Shown here: positions 17,147 through 26,295 of the stretch, piece after piece
Position numbering within the stretch: position 1 is the first letter of the stretch
Layout: the number at the start of each line of letters is the position of its first letter
Source of the DNA: a virus
Taxonomy: Duplodnaviria; Caudoviricetes
Length of the DNA: 64,000 nt
Strand: one strand, 5' to 3'
Virus record (IMG/VR): IMGVR_UViG_3300036821_000136
Location: 44,247 to 108,246 of that record
Notes under the pieces: generated by a model
The model's input: the letters and a program-made list of their open reading frames with translations, nothing else
Told to the model about the DNA's origin: nothing
Databases searched by the model: none
Translations under genes and position numbers: made by a program

Positions 17147-17677
17147 GCCACTGAAGGAGCCCCGATGACCACCCCGACCGCCAGCCGCGACGTCCGCGCC
17201 AACCCGGGCAACCGGGCCGGCCGCTACGTCGAGACCGCCGAGTACATCCAGGCGGCCCGCCGGTTCGTCCGCGGCGCCGGCCGCCGGGTCGGCGACATGA
17301 ACCTCGACGACCTCGACATGCTCATCGCGCTGGCCGAGGAAGCCAACGCCGTCGCCCACGAGGCCGCCCGCGACCTGCACGACCGCGAGAAGGACGGCTA
17401 CTCCTGGCAGGAGATCGGCGAGGCCGTCGGCTACGACCCGAAGACCGCCCGGCACACCGCCTGGAAGCGGTTCAAGGGCGCCCGCCGCGCCTTCCCGGCC
17501 GCCCCCCGCAAGGTCGTCAAGGACGACATAGTGGGCGTGTCCGGCCGCAAGTACGCCGGCCGCCGGTTCATCGTCGAGCGGGTCAGCCCGGCGACCGCCC
17601 TGCTGGCGCCGGTCGGCGGCGGACCCAAGGTCCGCGCCTTCCACGACCTGATCACCGACGCGCCCGAGGAGGGCTGA
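17135..17677 (+). CDS. HTH DNA-binding protein (in-frame starts at 17135 leaderless and 17165 SD-led)
   Basis: VETAEY..ARRFVR...GYSWQEIGEAVG HTH-like segment. Confidence 0.75.
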   Translation: MSNTATEGAPMTTPTASRDVRANPGNRAGRYVETAEYIQAARRFVRGAGRRVGDMNLDDLDMLIALAEEANAVAHEAARDLHDREKDGYSWQEIGEAVGYDPKTARHTAWKRFKGARRAFPAAPRKVVKDDIVGVSGRKYAGRRFIVERVSPATALLAPVGGGPKVRAFHDLITDAPEEG

Positions 17678-17680
17678 CCG

Positions 17681-17803
17681 ATGCCGCACCTGATCATGAT
17701 CTTCCCGGTGCTGTGGGGCTGGGCCCTGGCGCACTGGTACCTCGGCGCCGCCGCCCTGGCCGCCGCCACCCTGACCGCGGTCATCGGCCGCAGGAAGGCC
17801 TGA
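17681..17803 (+). CDS. small membrane peptide
   Basis: GGAGGG RBS; hydrophobic 40 aa. Confidence 0.6.
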   Translation: MPHLIMIFPVLWGWALAHWYLGAAALAAATLTAVIGRRKA

Positions 17804-17806
17804 CCA

Positions 17807-18130
17807 ATGGACCTGCCCGACAAGGACCTGCTGTTCATCCGCGTCGCCGTGTGCTGCAGCCGCCCCGGCTGCGGCCTGGCGACGCCCTGCCCGGCCTGCG
17901 CCGGCATCATGCGCGTGCCGCTGATCGCCGAGCGGTTCCGGCTGATCGCCGCCGCCGACGCCGAGCCGCCCGGCCCCGACCGGGACGCCCTGGCCGCCCG
18001 CATCACCGAGATCGAGCGCTGGCTCGACGCCCACCCCGAGGCCGCCGCCGATGATGACACCTGCCCGTGGTGCGGCGGCCCGATGCCGTGCACCGGGCCC
18101 TGCGACTACTCGATGGGCGGAGACCAGTGA
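17807..18130 (+). CDS. Cys-rich hypothetical protein
   Basis: GGAAGG RBS. Confidence 0.65.
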   Translation: MDLPDKDLLFIRVAVCCSRPGCGLATPCPACAGIMRVPLIAERFRLIAAADAEPPGPDRDALAARITEIERWLDAHPEAAADDDTCPWCGGPMPCTGPCDYSMGGDQ

Positions 18131-18564
18131 TGGACGACCAGCAGCGCACCGGCGTCACCGTCACCCAGTACCAGGGGCCGACGATGCGTTTCGAGACCGC
18201 CCAGGCGTACGGCGCCTGGCTGCTGTCCGGCGCCGGGGACCCCGACTTCGCCGTTGACCTGCACGAGAGCTGGGACGACCCCGGCTACGCGGCCGACGGC
18301 GCCCGGATCATCGACGCGATGGCCGACGCCGCCGGCGAGCCCGCCCCCGAGCCCTACCGGGCCAGCGTGACGCTCCCGGCCGGCGGCGCCCACCCGTTCG
18401 AGTGGACGATCACCTGGCCCGCCGGCTGGACCCCGCCCGGCTACCAGGTCACCGCCTGCCCGGCCTGCGGGCAGGTCACCGAGCCCTACAGCCTGACCGA
18501 CCCGCGCCTCGTCCACCGCGACACCGGCTGGACCATGTGCGACCCCGACACCTGGAAGGCGTAG
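18130..18564 (+). CDS. hypothetical protein
   Basis: TGATG overlap; stop codon supplied by the palindrome. Confidence 0.7.
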   Translation: MDDQQRTGVTVTQYQGPTMRFETAQAYGAWLLSGAGDPDFAVDLHESWDDPGYAADGARIIDAMADAAGEPAPEPYRASVTLPAGGAHPFEWTITWPAGWTPPGYQVTACPACGQVTEPYSLTDPRLVHRDTGWTMCDPDTWKA

Positions 18565-18578
18565 CCCGCCGGGCTACG
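18560..18578. repeat. 19-bp perfect palindrome
   Basis: CGTAGCCCGCCGGGCTACG overlapping a TAG stop. Confidence 0.8.
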
Positions 18579-18603
18579 CGGCAACCGCGAAGGAGAGAGA
18601 CCG

Positions 18604-19068
18604 ATGACCAAGACCGACACCGGCACGTGGGCCGCCGAGCCGCTGGTCTACGGCGGCACCGCGGCGGGCAAGACCGTCGCCCGCGTGGCCGTCTGGTATG
18701 ACGAGCAGCGCAACCAGCTGGTATTCAGCCCCGACAAAGGCCGCCACTACGTGATCGGCGGCGTCTACGACACCGAGGTCCGCCGCGACGCCGGCGGCCA
18801 GGTCAAGAGCCGCCGCGGCACGCCCCGGTTCACCGGGCGCCACCCCGACACCGAATGGGTCGCCGTGCTCGAGGCCGACGACTACGCCGCCCAGCAGAAG
18901 ATCGCCGCCGGCCAGCTGGAGCGCCGCGCCCGCCGCGACCCGGAGATCGCCAAGGTGCTCCAGCCGGTCGAGGCGTTCGCCGCCGGCCTCAACTACGCCC
19001 AGCGCGACGCGCTGATCGCCCTGATCACCCGCACGGTCTACCGTGCCAGGAACACCGGAAAGAGCTGA
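18604..19068 (+). CDS. hypothetical protein
   Basis: GAAGGAGAGAGACCG RBS. Confidence 0.8.
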   Translation: MTKTDTGTWAAEPLVYGGTAAGKTVARVAVWYDEQRNQLVFSPDKGRHYVIGGVYDTEVRRDAGGQVKSRRGTPRFTGRHPDTEWVAVLEADDYAAQQKIAAGQLERRARRDPEIAKVLQPVEAFAAGLNYAQRDALIALITRTVYRARNTGKS

Positions 19069-19073
19069 CCACC

Positions 19074-19478
19074 ATGCCCATGTTCAGGAAGACTGAGCGC
19101 ACCCCCGAGGAGGCGGCGCTGCGCGCCGCCCAGTTCGCCGCGATCGGCGCCAGCATCGACCTGCCCGGCCTGTACCGCGGCGCCGGTCCCGGCAAGATCG
19201 CCAGGCGGCTCGCCGAGCTGGCCGCCGGCGGCGGCACCGCCGAGGTCACCGGGCAGACGTCGCGCACGTCGATCGGCGGCGCGCTCGGCGGCGAGCTGAT
19301 CGCCGGGCCGGTCGGCGCCGTCATCGGCGGGTCCCGGCACCGCACCCAGGTCGTCGTCCGCGACGGCGCCGGCGGCGTCAAGGTGACCGAGGTCCGCGAC
19401 GCGCAGAAGGCGTACGCCTTCACCGAGGCGTTCGCCGCCTACGCCGCCATCGTCGCTGGCGGGACCGACGTCCCGTGA
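19074..19478 (+). CDS. hypothetical protein with glycine-zipper-like segment
   Basis: IGGALGG.LIAGPVGAVIGG. Confidence 0.7.
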   Translation: MPMFRKTERTPEEAALRAAQFAAIGASIDLPGLYRGAGPGKIARRLAELAAGGGTAEVTGQTSRTSIGGALGGELIAGPVGAVIGGSRHRTQVVVRDGAGGVKVTEVRDAQKAYAFTEAFAAYAAIVAGGTDVP

Positions 19479-19496
19479 CCTGCGGTTACCCCCTGC

Positions 19497-19516
19497 CCGC
19501 GTTGCCGATATATAGT
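19497..19516. promoter_or_regulatory. inverted copy of the cassette core overlapping a + strand -10 (TATAGT)
   Basis: Minus strand reads TATATATCGGCAACGCG. Confidence 0.55.
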
Positions 19517-19565
19517 GTGGTCAGTTGCCGGTGTACCGGTGACCACTGAAGGAGAGAGACACACC

Positions 19566-19811
19566 ATGACCGTTCCGCCGCCGGGCATCACGTGCCCGCC
19601 CGACCCCGGCCGCCAGATCAGCGCCGCGCGCCGCGCCCAGGGGTTCCGCGACCAGGACCACCTCGACCGCTGGTTCGCCTACTCCGACCACACCAGGGAG
19701 TGCCCGGCCTGCGGCCTGCCCGGCGACGGCTACGACGGCCCCGACGGCTGGCAGCCCACCGTCACCGCCTGCCCGGAGTCGATCCGGCTGCTGGCGCTGG
19801 TGTCACCGTGA
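19566..19811 (+). CDS. hypothetical protein
   Basis: CTGAAGGAGAGAGA RBS. Confidence 0.7.
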   Translation: MTVPPPGITCPPDPGRQISAARRAQGFRDQDHLDRWFAYSDHTRECPACGLPGDGYDGPDGWQPTVTACPESIRLLALVSP

Positions 19812-20401
19812 CCGCGACCGTGCCCGCGACCGGCCGCGACGTGCTGCTGCAGGCGACCGCCGACGCGGCCCGCGCCGCGGTGCTGCGCCGCTACCGCCCC
19901 GACTCGTGCATCGCCACCACCAGGGTCGTGATCGAGGCGCTGCGCTACTTCGGCGTCACCGCCCGCCCGTGGGCGGTCGACCTGCAGATATACAACGCCG
20001 CCGCCTGGGCGGCCCGGGCCGGCGACGTGCCGGCGGCCGACTGGCCGGACGACGCCTGGACGATCGGCATAGCCCCGGCCGGCTACGCCGCCAGCGGCGC
20101 CACCGACCAGAACAATGTCGGGCACGTCGTCGCCGTCACCGCCGGCCGCCTCGTCGACGCCTCGATCGACCAGGCGTCCCGCCCGGCCAAGGGCCTGACC
20201 CTGACCCCGGTCGTCGCCGCGCTGCCCGACGGGTTCAACCCCGCCGACACCACGGCGACCATCGGCTACACGCTCGACGGCGTGCACCTGCTCTACCGGG
20301 CGTCGGGCAGCGGCGAGTTCCGGCGGTCCCGCAACTGGTCGCGCTCGCCGGAGAACCGGGCGATCGTCGCCGAGACGATCAGGGCGCTGCGCGACGGCTG
20401 A
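19808..20401 (+). CDS. putative transglutaminase/papain-like Cys-His-Asp enzyme
   Basis: SCIATT...GHVVAV...LVDAS spacing. Confidence 0.55.
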   Translation: MTATVPATGRDVLLQATADAARAAVLRRYRPDSCIATTRVVIEALRYFGVTARPWAVDLQIYNAAAWAARAGDVPAADWPDDAWTIGIAPAGYAASGATDQNNVGHVVAVTAGRLVDASIDQASRPAKGLTLTPVVAALPDGFNPADTTATIGYTLDGVHLLYRASGSGEFRRSRNWSRSPENRAIVAETIRALRDG

Positions 20402-20508
20402 CCGGCAACCGACTGGACCGAAACGCGCAAACGGCGTCCGGGGGACAGTGACCCCGCCGATGATGGTCCCAACGCCCGTCACCGAACTACACACCGAAAG
20501 GCACCACC

Positions 20509-20820
20509 ATGACCGCCAACACCACCACGCCGAAGCCCGAGGACATCGCCCGCACGCTGGCCGGCTACGCGAACGCCGACCTGTCGACCACCTGCGCGAT
20601 CTTCGCCGGCATCCTGCAGTCGGTGCGCCTGACCGGCCCCGACGACCAGATCCCGGCCGGCATGGCCGCCGCCAAGGGCGGCGCCGACAAGCTGCGCGTC
20701 GAGACCGACAAGTGGGGCAAGCGGTTCCGCAAGGTCAACGGCGCCGGCGCCGCCGCCGACGACCCGATCGCCAAGCTGGTCAACGCCGGCAAGGCCGCCC
20801 TCGCGCAGCCCGCCGAGTAG
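20509..20820 (+). CDS. hypothetical protein
   Basis: GAAAGG RBS; high GC3. Confidence 0.75.
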   Translation: MTANTTTPKPEDIARTLAGYANADLSTTCAIFAGILQSVRLTGPDDQIPAGMAAAKGGADKLRVETDKWGKRFRKVNGAGAAADDPIAKLVNAGKAALAQPAE

Positions 20821-20919
20821 CCGATCCCCGGGACCGCCCGCGCGCCCCGTGCAGGGGCCGGGACGCGCGGGCCCGGCCCGGCAACACCCCCACCGACCGA
20901 CTGAAGGAGAGAGAGACCG

Positions 20920-21339
20920 ATGACCGACCACAGCGTGCACCCCGACGGCCACCCGACCCCCGGCAGGTACGTGATCCGGCAGCACGACATGATCCGGATC
21001 AGCGACGCCGACGACCAGGAGATCGGGCACCGCGACCTGTACGACCCCGACGGCAACTGGCTGGCGATGCTCGACCCGGCCACGCCGGTGACCGGCGCGA
21101 TGCCCGACCTGACCCTCGGCCCGGCCGAGCGCGCCTACCTCGCCGACGTGCTCGCCCGCGTCCTGGACGAGGCCGAGGGCGAGCACTCGACGGCGACGAT
21201 GTTCGGCCCGTTCGCGGCGATCGCCCAGATCGCGCTGACCAGCCCGGCGATCCGCCAGCAGGTCGACGAGAACCCGCCCGTTCCCGCTGACTCGGCGCCG
21301 AGCGAGTGCCCGCACCCGGCACGCTGCGGATTCCGCTGA
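20920..21339 (+). CDS. hypothetical protein
   Basis: CTGAAGGAGAGAGAGA RBS. Confidence 0.75.
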   Translation: MTDHSVHPDGHPTPGRYVIRQHDMIRISDADDQEIGHRDLYDPDGNWLAMLDPATPVTGAMPDLTLGPAERAYLADVLARVLDEAEGEHSTATMFGPFAAIAQIALTSPAIRQQVDENPPVPADSAPSECPHPARCGFR

Positions 21340-21436
21340 CCGGGGCGGGCGCGGCACGGCCGCCCGAGGGGGGTGACCGTGCCGCGCCCGGCCCGGGGAC
21401 AGTCCCCGCAAGCCACGGCACCTGAAGGAGCCAACC

Positions 21437-21841
21437 ATGAAACGCACCACCACCCGCCGCATCGTCATGATCGCGGCCGGCCCCGCCACCCTGGCGGGCC
21501 TGCTGCTGACGACCGGCACCGCCTTCGCCAGCACCGGCCCGGCCGGCAACGGGCAGGCCGGTCACGTGACCGGCGGCAGGGCGGCCAGCTACACCGACCC
21601 GGTCTTCGGGCCGGTGCGGTGCAACGAGACCCAGCACCCGGCCTTCGACACGGTCGCGTGCCAGTCCGCCACCGGCGCGCCGCTGACCGGCGTGGTCGGC
21701 GGCCAGGCCGGGTCGGTCGGCTGGAACAGCGATTTCGGCGCCGTCACCATCCACCCGGTGACCGGGACGCTGACCTACACCGTCAGCCCGGACGGCCTGT
21801 CCTACACCGGCCAGGCCACCTACCCGGCGCTGGCGGGCTAG
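21437..21841 (+). CDS. secreted protein
   Basis: Signal peptide ending AFA; CTGAAGGAG RBS. Confidence 0.8.
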   Translation: MKRTTTRRIVMIAAGPATLAGLLLTTGTAFASTGPAGNGQAGHVTGGRAASYTDPVFGPVRCNETQHPAFDTVACQSATGAPLTGVVGGQAGSVGWNSDFGAVTIHPVTGTLTYTVSPDGLSYTGQATYPALAG

Positions 21842-22022
21842 GCCCCGACGGGGACCCGGCCGGGGGCTCGCACCCCGGCCGGGCCGCTCGGAGGGAAGCG
21901 CCGGGCCGGGTGCGGGGTGCCCGGCCCGGCGCGCACGAAGCGGGCGGCCGCCCGGTTTTCCCACGCGGGGTGGGATCCGGGCGGCCGCCCGTTCCTGCTG
22001 CCCGTGCCGTACGCGGGCAACC

Positions 22023-22823
22023 CTACGCCGTCAGGTCGAAGCTGACCTCGAGGACCCGGCCGGCCAGCGTGACCTGCTCAAGGTAGGACCAGCAGCGCCC
22101 GCCGGGGTCGAACCACATCCACACGGTGGCCGACACGTAGCCGCCCGGGGCCAGGCCGAGCAGCGGCCCCTCCCGGCCGTCGTCGAGGATCGGGCGGGCC
22201 TCGTAGGCGGTGCGGCCGCGGGCGAACGTGACCGGCTTGTGCGGCCACCGGCCGGGGTCGGCGGTGCGCTGCTCGATCAGCGGCAGCGCGCCGCGCGGGT
22301 CGGCCAGCGGCACGGCGTGCAGCAGCTCCGGGCACGGCACCGACAGCTCGCCGGGGAACCACTCGACCGACAGCGCGAACGGCCGCCCGCCGTCCTCGTC
22401 GTCGCCGTCGGTCTCGAAGTAGCGCTGCTCGCGGCGCACCACCGGCGCGACCCCGTTGCGCGGCGCGGGCTCCAGGTCCAGCAGCGGGATCAGCCGCGGG
22501 TAGACGGCCGCGGCGTCGACGTAGTCCGCGGCGGTGACCTCGGTGCGCTCGGCGGGCGGCGGCCCGGTCCAGGACAGCCGCTGCACCGGCCCGTGCTTGT
22601 ACCGGCCGGCCTGCACGTAGGAGCCGGACGGGTCGGTGCGGACCAGCCCGTCGGTGCGCAGCCAGGCGACGGCGCGGTTGGCGGTCGCCGGGCTGACGCC
22701 GTGGGCGTCGGCCAGCGCGCGCACCGACGGCAGCCGGATCCCGTCGGCGACGCGGCCGGTGGTGATGTCGGCGGCCAGTTCGTCGTGCAGCTGCTCGGCG
22801 GGCGACCGCAGGTCGATGGGCAT
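22023..22823 (-). CDS. GntR-family regulator (KorSA/TraR-like) with UTRA-like C-terminus
   Basis: RLPSVRALADAHGVSPATANRAVAWLRTDGLV; divergent from the transfer genes. Confidence 0.85.
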   Translation of the reverse strand: MPIDLRSPAEQLHDELAADITTGRVADGIRLPSVRALADAHGVSPATANRAVAWLRTDGLVRTDPSGSYVQAGRYKHGPVQRLSWTGPPPAERTEVTAADYVDAAAVYPRLIPLLDLEPAPRNGVAPVVRREQRYFETDGDDEDGGRPFALSVEWFPGELSVPCPELLHAVPLADPRGALPLIEQRTADPGRWPHKPVTFARGRTAYEARPILDDGREGPLLGLAPGGYVSATVWMWFDPGGRCWSYLEQVTLAGRVLEVSFDLTA

Positions 22824-22892
22824 GGCGGGGCCTTTCCGGTAGTCGTCCTCCCGGCGATCGTACGCCGTCGCGTGACACGACCGCGACAGTGT

Positions 22893-22906
22893 GAGACGAT
22901 CGTCTC
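22893..22906. promoter_or_regulatory. 14-bp palindrome GAGACGATCGTCTC, candidate GntR operator
   Basis: Perfect palindrome between gntR and the transfer operon. Confidence 0.55.
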
Positions 22907-22944
22907 TGACTCGTATCGCCCGTATCACCGGAGGAGCCCCGACA

Positions 22945-23598
22945 ATGTCAGCCACAGATACAACCGGCGCGACGCCCGCCGAGCTGCTGTGGGCAGCGTG
23001 GCGCGGCCGCGTGTTCGCCGGCCTGGCGGTCGCGGTGTGTCTCACCGTGCCCGCCGCGTTCTTCGAGTCATTCCACGGCCTGATCGAGTGGTGCCAGGGC
23101 AACGGGCTGGGCGGCGTCTACGCCTGGTTCGCCCCGGCGATGGTCGACGTGTTCATTTTGGCCGGCGAGACCGTGCTGCTGCTGGCCATCATGGAAAGCT
23201 GGGACTGGCCCGCCAAGGCCGCCGGCTGGGCCGCGATCGGCGCCGGGCTGGCCGTGTCCGTGGCCGGCAACGTCGGCCGCTCCGGCTGGCACGTGCCGCT
23301 GGAGCGGATGGCCACCTTCGCCGTCGCGCCGCTCGCGCTGGCCGGCCTGACCGCCCTGTTCCTGCTCGTCGCCAAGCGGCTCATGCACCCGCGTGTCCGC
23401 GACCGCGTCGACGCGAACGAGGACCTGGTGATCGCGCTGCTGCGGTACCGCGACCACGCGGAGGCGGGCACGGTGCCGACCTTCGCCGAGGTGATGGCCG
23501 ACCTGAACTGCGGGCAGCCCCGCGCCCGCCGTATCCGCGCGTGCCTGCCCGTGCTCACCCCGGTCCTGGCGACCCTGAACGGGACGGTGCACCCGTGA
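22945..23598 (+). CDS. DUF2637/SpdA-like membrane protein
   Basis: ESFHGL...AWFAPAMVD, four TM segments, C-terminal L.CGQPRARRIR. Confidence 0.75.
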   Translation: MSATDTTGATPAELLWAAWRGRVFAGLAVAVCLTVPAAFFESFHGLIEWCQGNGLGGVYAWFAPAMVDVFILAGETVLLLAIMESWDWPAKAAGWAAIGAGLAVSVAGNVGRSGWHVPLERMATFAVAPLALAGLTALFLLVAKRLMHPRVRDRVDANEDLVIALLRYRDHAEAGTVPTFAEVMADLNCGQPRARRIRACLPVLTPVLATLNGTVHP

Positions 23599-24008
23599 CC
23601 CGCACCGCGCGCCGGCCGCTGGCCCGGGTGATCGGCGACGTCGCTGACCGTCACCGCGGCGCGGTCCGCCTCGTCGTGCTCGCCGTCGTGGCCGCCGGCG
23701 GGGCCGCCTGGCACTGGCACACCTGGCTGCCGCTCGTCTTCCTCGCCGGGGCGCTGACCGCCGAGGGCGGCCGGCTGGCCGCCGAGGCGTGGGGCTGGCA
23801 GCGGGCCGGCGGCAAGGCCGAGCTGCGGCGGCTGCGCCGCCACGGCGGGCCCGCCACCATGCGCGAGCTGCACCGGCACCTGTCGCTGCGCGCCGCCCGC
23901 CGCGCCGCCCGGGCCGCGCGCCCGTCCCTGGCCGCCCTGCGGCTCGCGGCGATCCCCGCGCACCAGGCGGGCATCGCGCTGGGCACCGCGAGGAGGTCAG
24001 CGCGATGA
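23595..24008 (+). CDS. membrane protein resembling the N-terminal anchor of a coupling protein
   Basis: Two TM segments plus G.A..REL.RHLS..A.R....RPSL...G..LG. Confidence 0.65.
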   Translation: MTRTARRPLARVIGDVADRHRGAVRLVVLAVVAAGGAAWHWHTWLPLVFLAGALTAEGGRLAAEAWGWQRAGGKAELRRLRRHGGPATMRELHRHLSLRAARRAARAARPSLAALRLAAIPAHQAGIALGTARRSAR

Positions 24009-25492
24009 GGCGTCCCTGGCAGTACGTCCGCCCCAGCGTCGACGTGTTCGGGTCGTTCCGCAGCGCGTATGCGGTGATCGGCCCGCCGAACAGCGGCAAG
24101 ACCGCGTTCCTGGCCCGCGCCGCGCTGACCGCGCCCGGGGCGCTGCTCACGTTCTCGACCAACTACGAGCTGGCCCGCGACACCGCCGCCGCCCGGATCC
24201 GCGAGGACCGCGGCCTGGGCCCGGTGTGGTGGGTCAACCCCGGCCGCGCCGGCGGGTTCCCGTCCAACTGCGGCTACAGCCCGCTGGCCGGCTGCGAGTC
24301 GCCTGGCATGGCGATGGAGGCCGCCGGGGCGCTGATGGCCGCCGCGCCGCACGACAAGAAGGACGCGCACTGGGACGCCCTGTCCAAGAGGTTCCTGCAG
24401 TACCTGATGCACGCCGCGGCGCTGCACCCCGACCGGCCCGACATCCGGATCGTGCGGCAGTGGGCCGCCGACCCGGCCAACCCCGACGAGCCGATGGAGG
24501 TGCTGGACCGGTGGGGCACCCAGGACTGGGCGCAGCAGCTCGACGACCTGGCCGCGCAGTGCCGCACCGACATGGACGGGAAGACCGCCACGGCGGTCGC
24601 CGGCGGCGTCCTCGCCGCCCTGGCCTGGCTCGATGACCCGGGGCTGGCGGTGCTGGCCTGCCCGCCGCCCGGATATGAGTTCGACGCCCGCGCGTTCCTG
24701 CGCGAGCGGGGCACCGTCTACGCGATCGGCGCCGACTCCGAGCACAACCCGCAGACCCCGTTCCTGTCGTGCTTCTGCACGTACGTGTGGAACGAGGCGA
24801 ACCGGGCCGCGCAGGACCCCCGTGAGGCGTGCGCGGCCCGGGGCAAGCTCGACCCGCCGCTGATGATCGTCGGCGACGAGCCGGGCAACTCCTGCCTGGT
24901 GCCCTACGACAAGTGGGCGTCGACGGCCGGCGGCCGCGGCGTCTGCCTGATCACCGGCTGGCAGTCCGACGCGCAGATGCCGATGCGGTGGGGCGACCAC
25001 GCCGCCCGGGTGATGCTCGACGCGTTCGGCGGGCTGGTCGTGTTCGGCGGGGTCAAGGGCGACCTGGCCGCGCTGGCGTCCTCGTGGGCCGCCGACAAGC
25101 CGACCTGGCACAAGGGCGAGCGCGGCGCGAAGGTGCTGGCCAGCGCGCCCACCTTCAGCCCGGCGGTGCTCGGCACCCTGAAGGACTACCGGGCGATGGT
25201 CAAGTACGGCAGGCGGCGCGCGTTCCTGGCCGACATGCCCGACGTCCGCCGCCACCCGTGGTACCGCGAGGTCACCGCGGCCGACTTCCCGTCCGACCCG
25301 GTGTGGGAACCCGCCGCGCTGGCCGCCCGCACCAACCGCCGCCGCGTCGCCGCCGCCCGCGGCGGCCTGACCGCCGTCACCGACCACGGCCGCACCGCCG
25401 TCACCGACCAAGGAGCACCGTCATGGCCACCACAACTAAGCAGCAGGCGGGCCCTCCCGGGCGGACACCGTCCCGGCGGGCGCGCCGGCTAG
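24005..25492 (+). CDS. VirD4/TraG-like type IV coupling ATPase
   Basis: Walker A GPPNSGKT; Walker B MIVGDE; GGRGV...WQS.AQ..RWG. Confidence 0.8.
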   Translation: MRRPWQYVRPSVDVFGSFRSAYAVIGPPNSGKTAFLARAALTAPGALLTFSTNYELARDTAAARIREDRGLGPVWWVNPGRAGGFPSNCGYSPLAGCESPGMAMEAAGALMAAAPHDKKDAHWDALSKRFLQYLMHAAALHPDRPDIRIVRQWAADPANPDEPMEVLDRWGTQDWAQQLDDLAAQCRTDMDGKTATAVAGGVLAALAWLDDPGLAVLACPPPGYEFDARAFLRERGTVYAIGADSEHNPQTPFLSCFCTYVWNEANRAAQDPREACAARGKLDPPLMIVGDEPGNSCLVPYDKWASTAGGRGVCLITGWQSDAQMPMRWGDHAARVMLDAFGGLVVFGGVKGDLAALASSWAADKPTWHKGERGAKVLASAPTFSPAVLGTLKDYRAMVKYGRRRAFLADMPDVRRHPWYREVTAADFPSDPVWEPAALAARTNRRRVAAARGGLTAVTDHGRTAVTDQGAPSWPPQLSSRRALPGGHRPGGRAG

Positions 25493-26253
25493 CGAAGCTG
25501 ATCGGGCACCGCAAGGTCCGCCGCGACAAGCAGCTGCTGCACCGCCTGATGCAGGAGCTGCAGCGGGAGCTCAAGCGGGCCCGCAGCCCGTGGTCGCGGC
25601 TGCGCGCCAAGGCCCGCGAGGCGATGGACCGCCGCCGCAACCCCTACACCCGCGCCGACACCGGCCGGTCCTACCGCACCAGCGAGGCCGCCATGCGCGA
25701 CCAGGGCGGCGGCGGCCGCCAGGCCAGGCAGCCGCAGGGCACGGGCCGCCAGGACCGGCAGCAGGCAGCTGCGGGCCGCCACCGCGCCCCCGGGGGACCC
25801 CGTGAGCACGTCGGCGGCAGTACCCTGCGGACCCGCCGGAACCAGGCCCGCCGCCGCCGCCTGGCGGGCCGCTCGGGCTGGGCACGGCGCGGCTGGGACC
25901 GCGGGTGGCACGGCGCCGCCCAGCGCCAGGCCAACGTCCGCGCCTGGGGCGCCCGCCGCCGCGCCGCCTACCAGCGCGCCGCGGAGCCCGGGATCCGCCG
26001 CGCCGAGGTCCGCGCCGACGCCCGCGCCAACGGGATGGACAGGCGCCGCGCCGCCGCGCACGCCAACCGGGTGCACCCCGGCGCGGTCCGCCGCCGGTGG
26101 CGGTCCTCACGCGGCCCGGCCCGCGCGACCGCCGCCCGCGGCCAGGCCGTGCGCGCCGCCTCGTACGCCGGCCGCCGCGCCCCCCGGATGCGCCGGGTCC
26201 GCCGTCCCCGCGTGGCGCGGATGCCCCGCCTGATCGGCCGCGGCGGCCGGTAA
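25423..26253 (+). CDS. highly basic Arg-rich protein
   Basis: AAGGAG RBS; TAA stop; fills the gap in the operon. Confidence 0.6.
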   Translation: MATTTKQQAGPPGRTPSRRARRLAKLIGHRKVRRDKQLLHRLMQELQRELKRARSPWSRLRAKAREAMDRRRNPYTRADTGRSYRTSEAAMRDQGGGGRQARQPQGTGRQDRQQAAAGRHRAPGGPREHVGGSTLRTRRNQARRRRLAGRSGWARRGWDRGWHGAAQRQANVRAWGARRRAAYQRAAEPGIRRAEVRADARANGMDRRRAAAHANRVHPGAVRRRWRSSRGPARATAARGQAVRAASYAGRRAPRMRRVRRPRVARMPRLIGRGGR

Positions 26254-26295
26254 CACACCGTATTTGTGCAGGTCAGCGACCCGAAGGAGAGACCG

